A DNA stretch of 22,116 bases, from the NCBI GenBank assembly GCA_035285125.1, contig JAYKHR010000086.1, forward strand, positions 1 through 22,116, read 5' to 3'. This document shows positions 7,691 through 15,249 of the stretch, piece by piece; position 1 is the first letter of the stretch; each line of letters begins with the position of its first letter. The notes below the pieces were generated by a model, which worked only from the letters and a program-made list of their open reading frames with translations, was not told where the DNA came from and did no database searches. The DNA comes from Candidatus Sericytochromatia bacterium (lineage in GTDB: Bacteria; Cyanobacteriota; Sericytochromatia; S15B-MN24; JAQBPE01). Both the position numbers and the translations under genes were made by a program.

Positions 7691-9154
7691 TCAGGCCTCG
7701 GGCGGCACCGTGCCGGGGGCGATCGGCGGGATCACGAGGCGGATGCGCGTCCCCTCGCCCCGCTCGAGCTCCAGCCGGCCGTGCAGGTCGTCCTGCACCA
7801 GGGTGCGCACGATCTGCCAGCCCAGGTTGCCGTCGCGCTCGATCGAGAAGCCCTCCGGCATCCCCACGCCGTCGTCCTCGATCGTCACGGCGACGCCGTC
7901 CTCCCACTCGGAGAGCGTCACGACGACCTCGCCCGTCGGGCGCCCGGCAAAGGCGTGCTTGATGGTGTTCTGCAGCAGCTCGTTGATCACCAGGGCGGCC
8001 GAGGTGGCCTGGCCCGAGGGCAGCGTCAGCGGCTTGGGGCAGCGCAGCGTCGAGGTGATGCGCTGCGAGGGGTCCACGAGGCCCTGCATCGTCGAGCTGA
8101 GCAGGTTCTGCACCAGCTCCTCGACGGCCACCACGCCGACGTCATCGTGGCTGAGGTACTCGTGCACCAGCGCGATGCTGGCGATGCGCGCGATGCTGCC
8201 CTGCAGGATCTCCCGCACCTCCTCGTTGCGGCTGCGGCGGGCCTGCAGCCGGAGGAGGCCCGCCACCGTCTGGAGGTTGTTCTTCACCCGGTGGTGCACC
8301 TCCTTGACCAGCGTGGCCTTGACCGTGAGCTCCCGGTCCTTCTGCTTGAGCTCGGTGATGTCGTGCAGCACCGTCACGTTCGCGACGAGCTGGTCGGCCG
8401 TCGCCAGGGGGATGGTGCGCACGGCGACCGTGAGGTTGGGCGTCATCAGCTCGCTCTCCTTGAAGGTCGGGTTGGTGTGCACGAGCCGCTGGTCGTGGCC
8501 CTTGAGGAAGGCCTCCTCCCACCCGAGCCCCTCGAGCTGCTCGGGGATGCCCAGCCGCCGCGCGAGGTTCAGCGCCACTGCGCTCGCGTGCATGATCACG
8601 TTCTGGTCGTTGAGCAGCAGCAGCGCGTCGCCGGGCTTGATGGCCGGCAGGGCCAGCGAGCTGGTGCGGGCCCGGTCGATGAGCGTGCGCACGAGCCGGG
8701 TGATGGCGGTGCGGTAGAGGTGCCGCTTGGCCTCGGAGTGCTTCAGCTCCTCGTAGATGTTCCGCTCGACGGCGATGATGGCGGCCACCCCGTTGACGCC
8801 CACCAGTGGGTAGGCGACCTGGTTCATCGGCTGGCCGTTGACCACCTTGCCCATCGCCCCCTCGGCGAGCTCGCCGGAGTGAAAGGCCTGCCAGATCGCA
8901 GACGAGTGGTCGGGCGTGAAGGCCTGGTTCAGCTGCGGGCGGCGGTAGAAGCTCTGGCGCACGGTGGGCTTCGCCTCCGCCACCGTGACGAAGCGCCCGC
9001 CGTCGATGGGCGCATGGATGAGCAGGTCGGCCGGGATGAAGTCCGCGAGGAAGGGCAGCTGCCGCGCGATGTTCTGGATCCAGTAGCGGTCCTGCTCATG
9101 CGGGATGTGCGCCTGGAAGGGCAGCGACCACCCCAGGCCTGCGGCCGGCAGCAT
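7691..9154 (-). CDS. pdtaS: Soluble sensor histidine kinase, PdtaS/EutW type (N-terminal sensor, PAS-like, HisKA_2, HATPase_c), 487 aa
   Basis: LPFLADFIPADLLI...VAEAKP N-domain, H-box KEVHHRVKNNLQTVAGLLRLQARR, NELLQNTIKHAF, DDGVG, LGWQIV and GEGT. No TM segment. Start ATG 9154, just after the tyrS stop. Confidence 0.9.
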   Translation of the reverse strand: MLPAAGLGWSLPFQAHIPHEQDRYWIQNIARQLPFLADFIPADLLIHAPIDGGRFVTVAEAKPTVRQSFYRRPQLNQAFTPDHSSAIWQAFHSGELAEGAMGKVVNGQPMNQVAYPLVGVNGVAAIIAVERNIYEELKHSEAKRHLYRTAITRLVRTLIDRARTSSLALPAIKPGDALLLLNDQNVIMHASAVALNLARRLGIPEQLEGLGWEEAFLKGHDQRLVHTNPTFKESELMTPNLTVAVRTIPLATADQLVANVTVLHDITELKQKDRELTVKATLVKEVHHRVKNNLQTVAGLLRLQARRSRNEEVREILQGSIARIASIALVHEYLSHDDVGVVAVEELVQNLLSSTMQGLVDPSQRITSTLRCPKPLTLPSGQATSAALVINELLQNTIKHAFAGRPTGEVVVTLSEWEDGVAVTIEDDGVGMPEGFSIERDGNLGWQIVRTLVQDDLHGRLELERGEGTRIRLVIPPIAPGTVPPEA

Positions 9155-9165
9155 CGACACGCCCC

Positions 9166-10398
9166 TCAGGCCCCGGCCGTCGTGCCGTCGGGCCGCGCGA
9201 GGGCGAGCTTCTTGCCCACCTGCACCACGCGCCCCTCGGCCCCGAGCGAGATGGGCTCGTTGGGGTCCGCCAGCGCCCGCTCCACGACGAAGGCCTCGCC
9301 CTCGCGGCGCATCAGCCGCACGGCCCCCTCCTTCAGGCGCTCGCGGGCCTGGCTGGTCGAGGGCGCCAGCTTCATTGCCACGAGCAGCCGCGCGGCCGGC
9401 AGCCCGTCGGGCACCGCGACGGCCGGCATGTCGGCCGCGTCGACGCCACCCGCCCGCAGCTTGGAGGCCACGGCCTCGCCGTGGTAGAGCTTCACCACCG
9501 CCCAGGCCAGCAGCACCTTGGCGTCGCGCGGCGTCAGCGCGCCCGAGGCGAGGTCCGCCAGCGCCTGCCGCACCTCGGCGGCCGGCAGCCCCGAGGCCAG
9601 CGTGAACCAGTCCGGCATCTGGCGGTCGGCGATGCACATGACCTTGTCCCACATCGCCTTGGGCGCCTCCGTGAGGCCGATGTAGTTGCCGAGGGACTTC
9701 GACATCTTCTCCGTGCTGCCGATGCCCTCGAGGATGGGGTAGAGCATCACGACCTGTGGCGCCTGCCCCGCCTGCTCCTGCAGGTGGCGGCCCATCAGGT
9801 TGTTGAACTTCTGGTCCGTGCCGCCGAGCTCGACGTCCGCCCGGATCACGACCGAGTCCTGGCCCTGCAGCAGGGGGTAGAGGAACTCGTGCAGCCCGAT
9901 GGCGTCGCCCCGGTCGTAGCGGAGGGCGAAGTTCTCGCGCTGCAGCATCTGCGCCACCGTGCTCTGGCCGAGCAGCCGGATCACGTCCTCCATCTGCATG
10001 CCCTCGAGCCACTCGCCGTTGCGGCGGATCTCCGCGCGGCCCAGGTCGAGGATGCGGCCGAGTTGCGCGAGGTAGGTCTGGGCGTTGGCCTCGACCTCGT
10101 CCTTCGTGAGCGGGGGGCGGGCCTCCTGCTTGCCCGTCGGGTCGCCGATGCGGGCCGTGAAGTCGCCGATGATGAGCACGATCTGGTGGCCTGCGTCCTG
10201 GAACCGGCGCAGCGCCCACAGCACCACGGCGTGGCCGATGTGCAGATCCGGCTTGGTGGGGTCGAAGCCCAGCTTGACCCGCAGCGGGCGGCCCGCGGCG
10301 GCGGCCCCCTTCAGGGCTGCTTCGAGCCCACCGGCCGGCAGCACCTCGGCCGCGCCCAGGCTCAGGGTCTCCACGAGGTCAGCGGTGATGGCGGTCAT
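9166..10398 (-). CDS. tyrS: Tyrosine--tRNA ligase (410 aa)
   Basis: KLGFDPTKPDLHIGH, IGDFTARIGDPTG, EFLYPLLQGQDS, ELGGTDQKFN, KMSKS and an S4-like C-terminus. SD GGAG precedes ATG 10398. Confidence 0.97.
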   Translation of the reverse strand: MTAITADLVETLSLGAAEVLPAGGLEAALKGAAAAGRPLRVKLGFDPTKPDLHIGHAVVLWALRRFQDAGHQIVLIIGDFTARIGDPTGKQEARPPLTKDEVEANAQTYLAQLGRILDLGRAEIRRNGEWLEGMQMEDVIRLLGQSTVAQMLQRENFALRYDRGDAIGLHEFLYPLLQGQDSVVIRADVELGGTDQKFNNLMGRHLQEQAGQAPQVVMLYPILEGIGSTEKMSKSLGNYIGLTEAPKAMWDKVMCIADRQMPDWFTLASGLPAAEVRQALADLASGALTPRDAKVLLAWAVVKLYHGEAVASKLRAGGVDAADMPAVAVPDGLPAARLLVAMKLAPSTSQARERLKEGAVRLMRREGEAFVVERALADPNEPISLGAEGRVVQVGKKLALARPDGTTAGA

Positions 10399-10430
10399 GC
10401 GGGGCTCCGGGCAGACGGGGGCGCCCCGGC

Positions 10431-10439
10431 ATGATAGCA
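10431..10439 (-). promoter_or_regulatory. Extended -10 promoter of tyrS
   Basis: Minus strand TG-C-TATCAT in the gap between the NHL gene stop and tyrS. Confidence 0.55.
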
Positions 10440-10447
10440 CCCCGCTG

Positions 10448-13231
10448 CTAGAACGACCCCGCCGGCAGGATGCGCACGAGGTTGGCCCCGATGTCCGTGA
10501 TGATCAGGCGCCCCGCTGCGTCGAGCGTCAGGTGGGTGGGCAGGTTCAGGGCGTCCGGCGCCGCCGGGTCGGTGAAGACGCGGCCACCGGGCCCCGCCAG
10601 CACGGTGATGACGCCCTCGGGCGTGATCTTCAAGACGCGGGCCGGCACCTTGCGGATGGTGTCCGCGGGCAGGTCGCGCAGGGCCGGGGCCAGCAGCATC
10701 AGCGTCGTGAGGGTCTGCGTGCCGAGCTCCACCACGTAGAGGTTGCCTGCCTGGTCGAAGCACATGGCGCCCGGCAGCACGAGCGGCGTCTCGGCCGGCG
10801 GCAGGCCCGGGGGGGCGAGCCCGGCGGCCTCCAGCCGCGCCAGCGTGGCCGCCTTGCCAAGCCCGGCGAAGGTCTCCAGGCGGGCCTCGTCCCCCACGCC
10901 GACGACGCGCCGGAGGCGCATGTTGCCGGTGTCAGCGACGTAGAGCTCTCCTCGCGGAGAGATGGCGGCGGCCAGGGGGCTGTTGAGCTGCGCCAGCGTG
11001 GGCGGGCCGCCGTCCCCACCGTCGCCCGGCCTGCCGCCTGCCCCCGCCACGGTCGCCACGGTGGGGGCTCCGGGCTGCCAGCGCACCACCTGGTGGAGGG
11101 CCAGGCTGCACCAGTACAGGGCCCGGTCGGGCCCCACGAAAAGCCCCGCGCTGTGGCTCAAGGAGGTGTCATCTGCCGGCGTGCCTGCGGGCGAGACGGT
11201 CACCAGCTGCCTGCTCGCGCCCACCCGCGTGCGGCACAGGCCGTCGGTGCCGAGCTCCCGCAGCACGTCGTTGTTCTGGTCGAGCACGAAGACCGCGCCG
11301 TCGAGGAAGGCCACCCCGCTCGGGTCGTCGAAGCGGGCCTCCTCGTTCGGCACGCCGTCCACGGCCGGCCCCCGGCTCTGCCCCGCCATGAGCGCGAGCT
11401 CGCCGCCGCGCCAGCGGCGCAGCGCCCCGCTGGCCGTCTCGATGATGTACAGCGCCCCGTCGGGCGCTGCAGCCGTTGCGAAGGGGGCGTTCACCGGGAT
11501 GCCGGCCTCGCTCTGCGTGCCGCTCAGGGCGCCGGCCACCGGGGTGGCGCGGCCTGTCTGGTCCAGCGCGTACACGCGGTTGTCCTGCTGTGCCACCACC
11601 AGCAGCCGCCCGTCGGCAAGGACCGTCATGTCGAGCGGCTCCCGCAGCACGCCCGTGGCGGCGCCGTCGTGCAGCAGCGTTCGGTTGCCATCGGGCGCCA
11701 GCCGGTAGATGTGGTGCGCCTTGGGGTCGCTCAGGAACAGGGCGCCGTCAGGCCCGGCCACGAGGTCCCCCCTGCGGCTCGCCAGCTCGGGCCATGTCGT
11801 GACGCGCGTCCACGTTGCGCCCGCGGCGGGCAGGCGCCAGAGCTCCGCCTGGCGGCTCGCGTTGACCACCAGCGCGAGCACGGCGCCGTCGGGCCCGGGG
11901 GCCAGGCCCGCCACGGACGCGCCGCTCCAGCCCGCGGGGGGCTCGCCGGCGGCCTCCAGGCGCCCGTCCGCCGTCAGCCGCATCACGCGGCAGGCGATCG
12001 CCTCGTCCTCCCGGGTCTCCCCGATCCAGGGGGTGCCGGCCGCGTCGACCCACACCGTCCAGGCGTGGATGCCCGTCTCGAGGGCGGGCCCGCCGAGCGG
12101 GTCCGCACCGCCCAGCAGGGTGCCCGCGACGCGGCGGGCCGTGCCGTCCGGGGCCACGCGCGACACCCCGGCGCCGTCGACCAGCACGTAGCTGCCGTCC
12201 GGGCCGCGGGCCATGTCGTGGCAGTGGATGAAGCTGGCCCGGACCGTGCCCTGGCTGGGGTCCGCCCATGTCGTCAGGCGGCCGTCGGCCGACACGCGCC
12301 GGACGCGCCCCACGGGCCCCTCCGCGACGAGGAAGCCGCCGGCGCCGTCGTCCGCCACGGCCTTGGGGCCCGTGAGTGGCACCTCCAGCGCCGCGTTGCC
12401 GCTGCCCAGGTTGGCCTGCCCGAGCAGCAGGGCCTTGATCGTCTCCAAGGTGCGGTCCACGCCCGGGTCCTGCTGGCGCAGCCCCTCCGTCAGCGTGACG
12501 AGCTCGTCTGCCCGGTAGCTGGGGGGGCGCTCCAGCAGCCCCTGCACCCGGGCCAGCGCCTCGCGCAGCTGCGTCGCCTCCTGGGCGGGCAGCCTGTCCA
12601 GCGTGGCCTGGTCGCCCTTCACGTACCGGTCGAGCACGTAGGCCGCCCCGAGGGAGGTCGCCGTGTCGACGGGGACCTCGCGCACGGCCTCCGAGGTCCG
12701 CGCCACCAGCGCCGCGAGTTGCCCCCCGCTCCACAGCGGCACCTGCAGCACCAGGCTCTCGTCGGGCAGCACGGCCTGGATGCGGTAGCCGCCCTGCCCG
12801 TCGGTGGTGGCGCCGAGGGGGGCGCCGGCCGCGTCGACGAGCACGCGCCCTTGGGCATCCGTCACGAGCACCGGGGCGTCCGCGAGCAGGGCCTCCGGGC
12901 GCGGGGCCTGGGCCAGCCGCCTGGCCTGGGGCGCGAGCCCGCCGCCCTGGTCCGAGACGAGCTTGCCAGAGTGGTTGCTGAGCACCCCGCCGCCCTGGTC
13001 GGAGAGCAGCTTCACCTTGCCGACGAGTTGCGCAGCCGGGCCGAGCTGCTCGACGCGTCGGGTGGCGGTGCCTGCCGGCAGCGGCAGGCGGGCCGTCGCG
13101 CGGGGCACGGCGGGGCTGCGGCTCGCCGCAGGTTTGCGGCTGGCGCCGGGCAGGGGGCTGGCGCCAGGGCCGCCAGCGAGGCATCCCTGCAGCAGGGCCA
13201 GCGTGGTGGCCAGGACGACGTGGCGGCGCAT
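10448..13231 (-). CDS. Large NHL-repeat (beta-propeller) lipoprotein, 927 aa
   Basis: MRRHVVLATTLALLQG-C lipobox, then a Pro-rich linker, an SDQGGG repeat, a TTDGQGGY beta-sandwich segment and a helical linker. Many NHL-type repeats follow (GDGGPPTLAQLNSPLAAAISPRGELYVADTGNMRLRRV; LNLPTHLTLDAAGRLIITDIGANLVR). True start is ATG 13231, not 14035. Confidence 0.85.
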   Translation of the reverse strand: MRRHVVLATTLALLQGCLAGGPGASPLPGASRKPAASRSPAVPRATARLPLPAGTATRRVEQLGPAAQLVGKVKLLSDQGGGVLSNHSGKLVSDQGGGLAPQARRLAQAPRPEALLADAPVLVTDAQGRVLVDAAGAPLGATTDGQGGYRIQAVLPDESLVLQVPLWSGGQLAALVARTSEAVREVPVDTATSLGAAYVLDRYVKGDQATLDRLPAQEATQLREALARVQGLLERPPSYRADELVTLTEGLRQQDPGVDRTLETIKALLLGQANLGSGNAALEVPLTGPKAVADDGAGGFLVAEGPVGRVRRVSADGRLTTWADPSQGTVRASFIHCHDMARGPDGSYVLVDGAGVSRVAPDGTARRVAGTLLGGADPLGGPALETGIHAWTVWVDAAGTPWIGETREDEAIACRVMRLTADGRLEAAGEPPAGWSGASVAGLAPGPDGAVLALVVNASRQAELWRLPAAGATWTRVTTWPELASRRGDLVAGPDGALFLSDPKAHHIYRLAPDGNRTLLHDGAATGVLREPLDMTVLADGRLLVVAQQDNRVYALDQTGRATPVAGALSGTQSEAGIPVNAPFATAAAPDGALYIIETASGALRRWRGGELALMAGQSRGPAVDGVPNEEARFDDPSGVAFLDGAVFVLDQNNDVLRELGTDGLCRTRVGASRQLVTVSPAGTPADDTSLSHSAGLFVGPDRALYWCSLALHQVVRWQPGAPTVATVAGAGGRPGDGGDGGPPTLAQLNSPLAAAISPRGELYVADTGNMRLRRVVGVGDEARLETFAGLGKAATLARLEAAGLAPPGLPPAETPLVLPGAMCFDQAGNLYVVELGTQTLTTLMLLAPALRDLPADTIRKVPARVLKITPEGVITVLAGPGGRVFTDPAAPDALNLPTHLTLDAAGRLIITDIGANLVRILPAGSF

Positions 13232-13237
13232 AGGCGC

Positions 13238-13246
13238 AACGTACCA
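13238..13246 (-). promoter_or_regulatory. Extended -10 promoter of the NHL lipoprotein, probably leaderless
   Basis: Minus strand TG-G-TACGTT, then 6 nt (GCGCCT), then ATG. No SD. Confidence 0.55.
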
Positions 13247-13293
13247 CGGCCCCTGGCCGGGCAAACGCCGGGCGGTCCCTGCCCGGGTTGGCA

Positions 13294-14787
13294 TCAACCC
13301 TCGCCAGGCAGGCGGACGTTGGAGATGATGGGGTCCTGGTCGGTGGCCCGCCGCGCCTCGTCGAGCCTGTCGGCAGCCCGCTTCAGGCCGTCTCCGACCT
13401 TGCCGCCGAGCCGGCTGCCCGCCAGCCGGGCAGCGCCTCCGAGGTCGCCAGCGCGCGCTGCGTCCCGGGTTTCCTGCACGTCGCGGGCCACCGCCACGGC
13501 CTTGCGGATCCGGGCCCGGGCCTCGGCATCGGCCGGGAGCAGGCTGGCCGCCCCGTCGGTGGCCTCCACGACGCGCGTGAGGTCCCGGCGCCGGATGCCG
13601 TCCACCAGGGCACCGCCGGTGGCGATGGCCTGCCCGAGCTTGGGGTCCTTGACCATTGCCCCGCCGAGCGCCGCGGCTGCTGCCACGTCCCCCTTCTGGA
13701 GCGAGCCGGCGAGGGCGCCTGCCGTGGCGATCTGCGCGCCGAGCTTCTCGTCTTTCAGGCTGCCGCCCACCAGGCCGGCGGCCGTCGCGAGGTCCCGGCC
13801 GCGCACGGCGTCGATGACGGCGCCCGCGGTCTGCGCCTGGGCGCCCGCCCTGGCGATCGCCCGGCGCGTCTCGGCGTTCAGGTCGAGGTCCGCCCCGAGG
13901 TCTCCCGCCACCCCGGCGAGCGCGCCGGCGGCGATGCCGAAGTCCCGTTGCTTGATGGCGATGACGGCGTCCTCGGCGGTCTTCGCGTAGCGGGCGACCT
14001 TCTGGGCCACGGCCAGCGTCTCGTCGCTGAGCCACTCGGTATTCGATGCGACGAAGCCCAGCGCCCCCGCCGCCAGCGAGCCGATGCGCCCCGTGCGGGC
14101 TGCCTGCACGGCCCCCTGGGCTGCCCGGACGCCATCGGCCACCTGGCCGACCACCTTGGCCGTCGCCTCCAGGCCCTTGGCGCCGGCAGCCGCCGCAGCG
14201 CCCACGGCCCCCTTTGCCACGGCCGACGCGGCGCCCGCGAAGGAGCCAGCGACCCCCAGCAGGCCGGTAACGGCCATCTTCCAGTCGCCGGACGCGATCC
14301 CCTGGACCATCTGCTTGCCAGCCACCACGCCCTGGTAGGCCGTCAGGGCCACCCCCAGGGGCGCGAGCACCGGGAAGCAGTAGCAGGCGATCTGAAGGCC
14401 GGCCAGGATGTAGGTGCCGTATTTCTTGAAGAACTGCCCGACGGCCTGGGCGGCCTGCTTGACGCCCTTCACGACGGCCTTGCCCACGGCCAGGGCCAGG
14501 CGGTGGGGGGCCGTGACGACCTTCAAGACCCCCTTGGCGACCCCCTTGAGGGCCGAGCCCAGGCGCTTGAAGAAGCCCCGCTTCTTTTTCTTTTTCCTGG
14601 CCGGTGGTGGCGCAGGGGGGGCCTCGGAGGGGAGTGCCGTGAGCGAGGCGAGCACCTCGTTGCTGTCCGAGGCGAGGGCCCCGGAGGCGGAGCTCGCGCC
14701 TGACGGGGCAGCCGCGGGAGGCTGCTCGGGGAGGCGACCCGTGCCGGGTTGGGGCGTCAGCGGGCTCGTGCCGGGCCGGACTTCCAT
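13294..14787 (-). CDS. Hypothetical Ala/Gly/Lys-rich helical protein with a cationic amphipathic segment, a hydrophobic hairpin and helical repeats (497 aa)
   Basis: Strong SD GGAGGAGG before ATG 14787. Protein-like composition in this frame. No Sec signal peptide and no recognisable family. Confidence 0.8.
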   Translation of the reverse strand: MEVRPGTSPLTPQPGTGRLPEQPPAAAPSGASSASGALASDSNEVLASLTALPSEAPPAPPPARKKKKKRGFFKRLGSALKGVAKGVLKVVTAPHRLALAVGKAVVKGVKQAAQAVGQFFKKYGTYILAGLQIACYCFPVLAPLGVALTAYQGVVAGKQMVQGIASGDWKMAVTGLLGVAGSFAGAASAVAKGAVGAAAAAGAKGLEATAKVVGQVADGVRAAQGAVQAARTGRIGSLAAGALGFVASNTEWLSDETLAVAQKVARYAKTAEDAVIAIKQRDFGIAAGALAGVAGDLGADLDLNAETRRAIARAGAQAQTAGAVIDAVRGRDLATAAGLVGGSLKDEKLGAQIATAGALAGSLQKGDVAAAAALGGAMVKDPKLGQAIATGGALVDGIRRRDLTRVVEATDGAASLLPADAEARARIRKAVAVARDVQETRDAARAGDLGGAARLAGSRLGGKVGDGLKRAADRLDEARRATDQDPIISNVRLPGEG

Positions 14788-14812
14788 GGCGTCGACCTCC
14801 TCCGCTCGCTGC

Positions 14813-15052
14813 TCAGGGTTGAGGCTCGGTGGACGCCTCGAGCGCGCCGCCACACCTCGGGCAGGTGGTGGCCTGGCGCAGCACGGCGCGCGAGCACGCC
14901 GGGCAGGGCTTGAAGCGCATCGCGAGGGTGTTCATCCAGCGCACGACAAACGAGAACACAATCACGCCCAGGACGATGCCCAGGGCCAGCGGCTGCTGAT
15001 CGGCTGGCACCCACGGCACCGCGGCTGCAGGCACCTCGAACGTCAGGTCCAT
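14813..15052 (-). CDS. Small single-TM protein with a C-terminal zinc ribbon (79 aa)
   Basis: SD GGAGG before ATG 15052, TM segment LALGIVLGVIVFSFVV, and CPAC-x10-CPRC. Confidence 0.75.
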   Translation of the reverse strand: MDLTFEVPAAAVPWVPADQQPLALGIVLGVIVFSFVVRWMNTLAMRFKPCPACSRAVLRQATTCPRCGGALEASTEPQP

Positions 15053-15249
15053 GGGCGAGTCCTCCGGGCACCGACCCTCTTCGGGCTCTGGCCCACCACT
15101 CACACCATACCCCCCCAGGCGAGGAGCAAACCGTTCCTGGGTCAGCCCTCAAGGCCGCCGGCGCAGCAGCCGATCATCCCTCGGGGATGGCCGGAACCCG
15201 TGACGCCCAACCCCGAACAACCCCACCGGCTTCGGGTAGAGTGATATTT

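Noticed and set aside
9155..10219. N-terminal extension of the kinase overlapping tyrS (842-aa track ORF)
   Set aside because: It is the -1 frame shadow of tyrS. Kinase-like sequence starts only after ATG 9154.
10399..10447. T-box leader for tyrS
   Set aside because: The intergenic gap is only 49 nt and has no T-box sequence.
14575..14605. PARKKKKKR as a eukaryotic nuclear localisation signal
   Set aside because: A basic run alone is weak evidence and fits membrane binding equally well. There is no host-association evidence in the window.
13232..14812. Possible -1 frameshift fusion of the orphan helical protein to the NHL lipoprotein at G-AAA-AAG-AAA-AAG (about 14582-14597), since the -1 frame is stop-free throughout
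   Set aside because: Open -1 frames are common here because T-ending codons are rare, and the same is seen at two other loci. The shifted translation is low-complexity junk, and the NHL gene has its own signal peptide and promoter.
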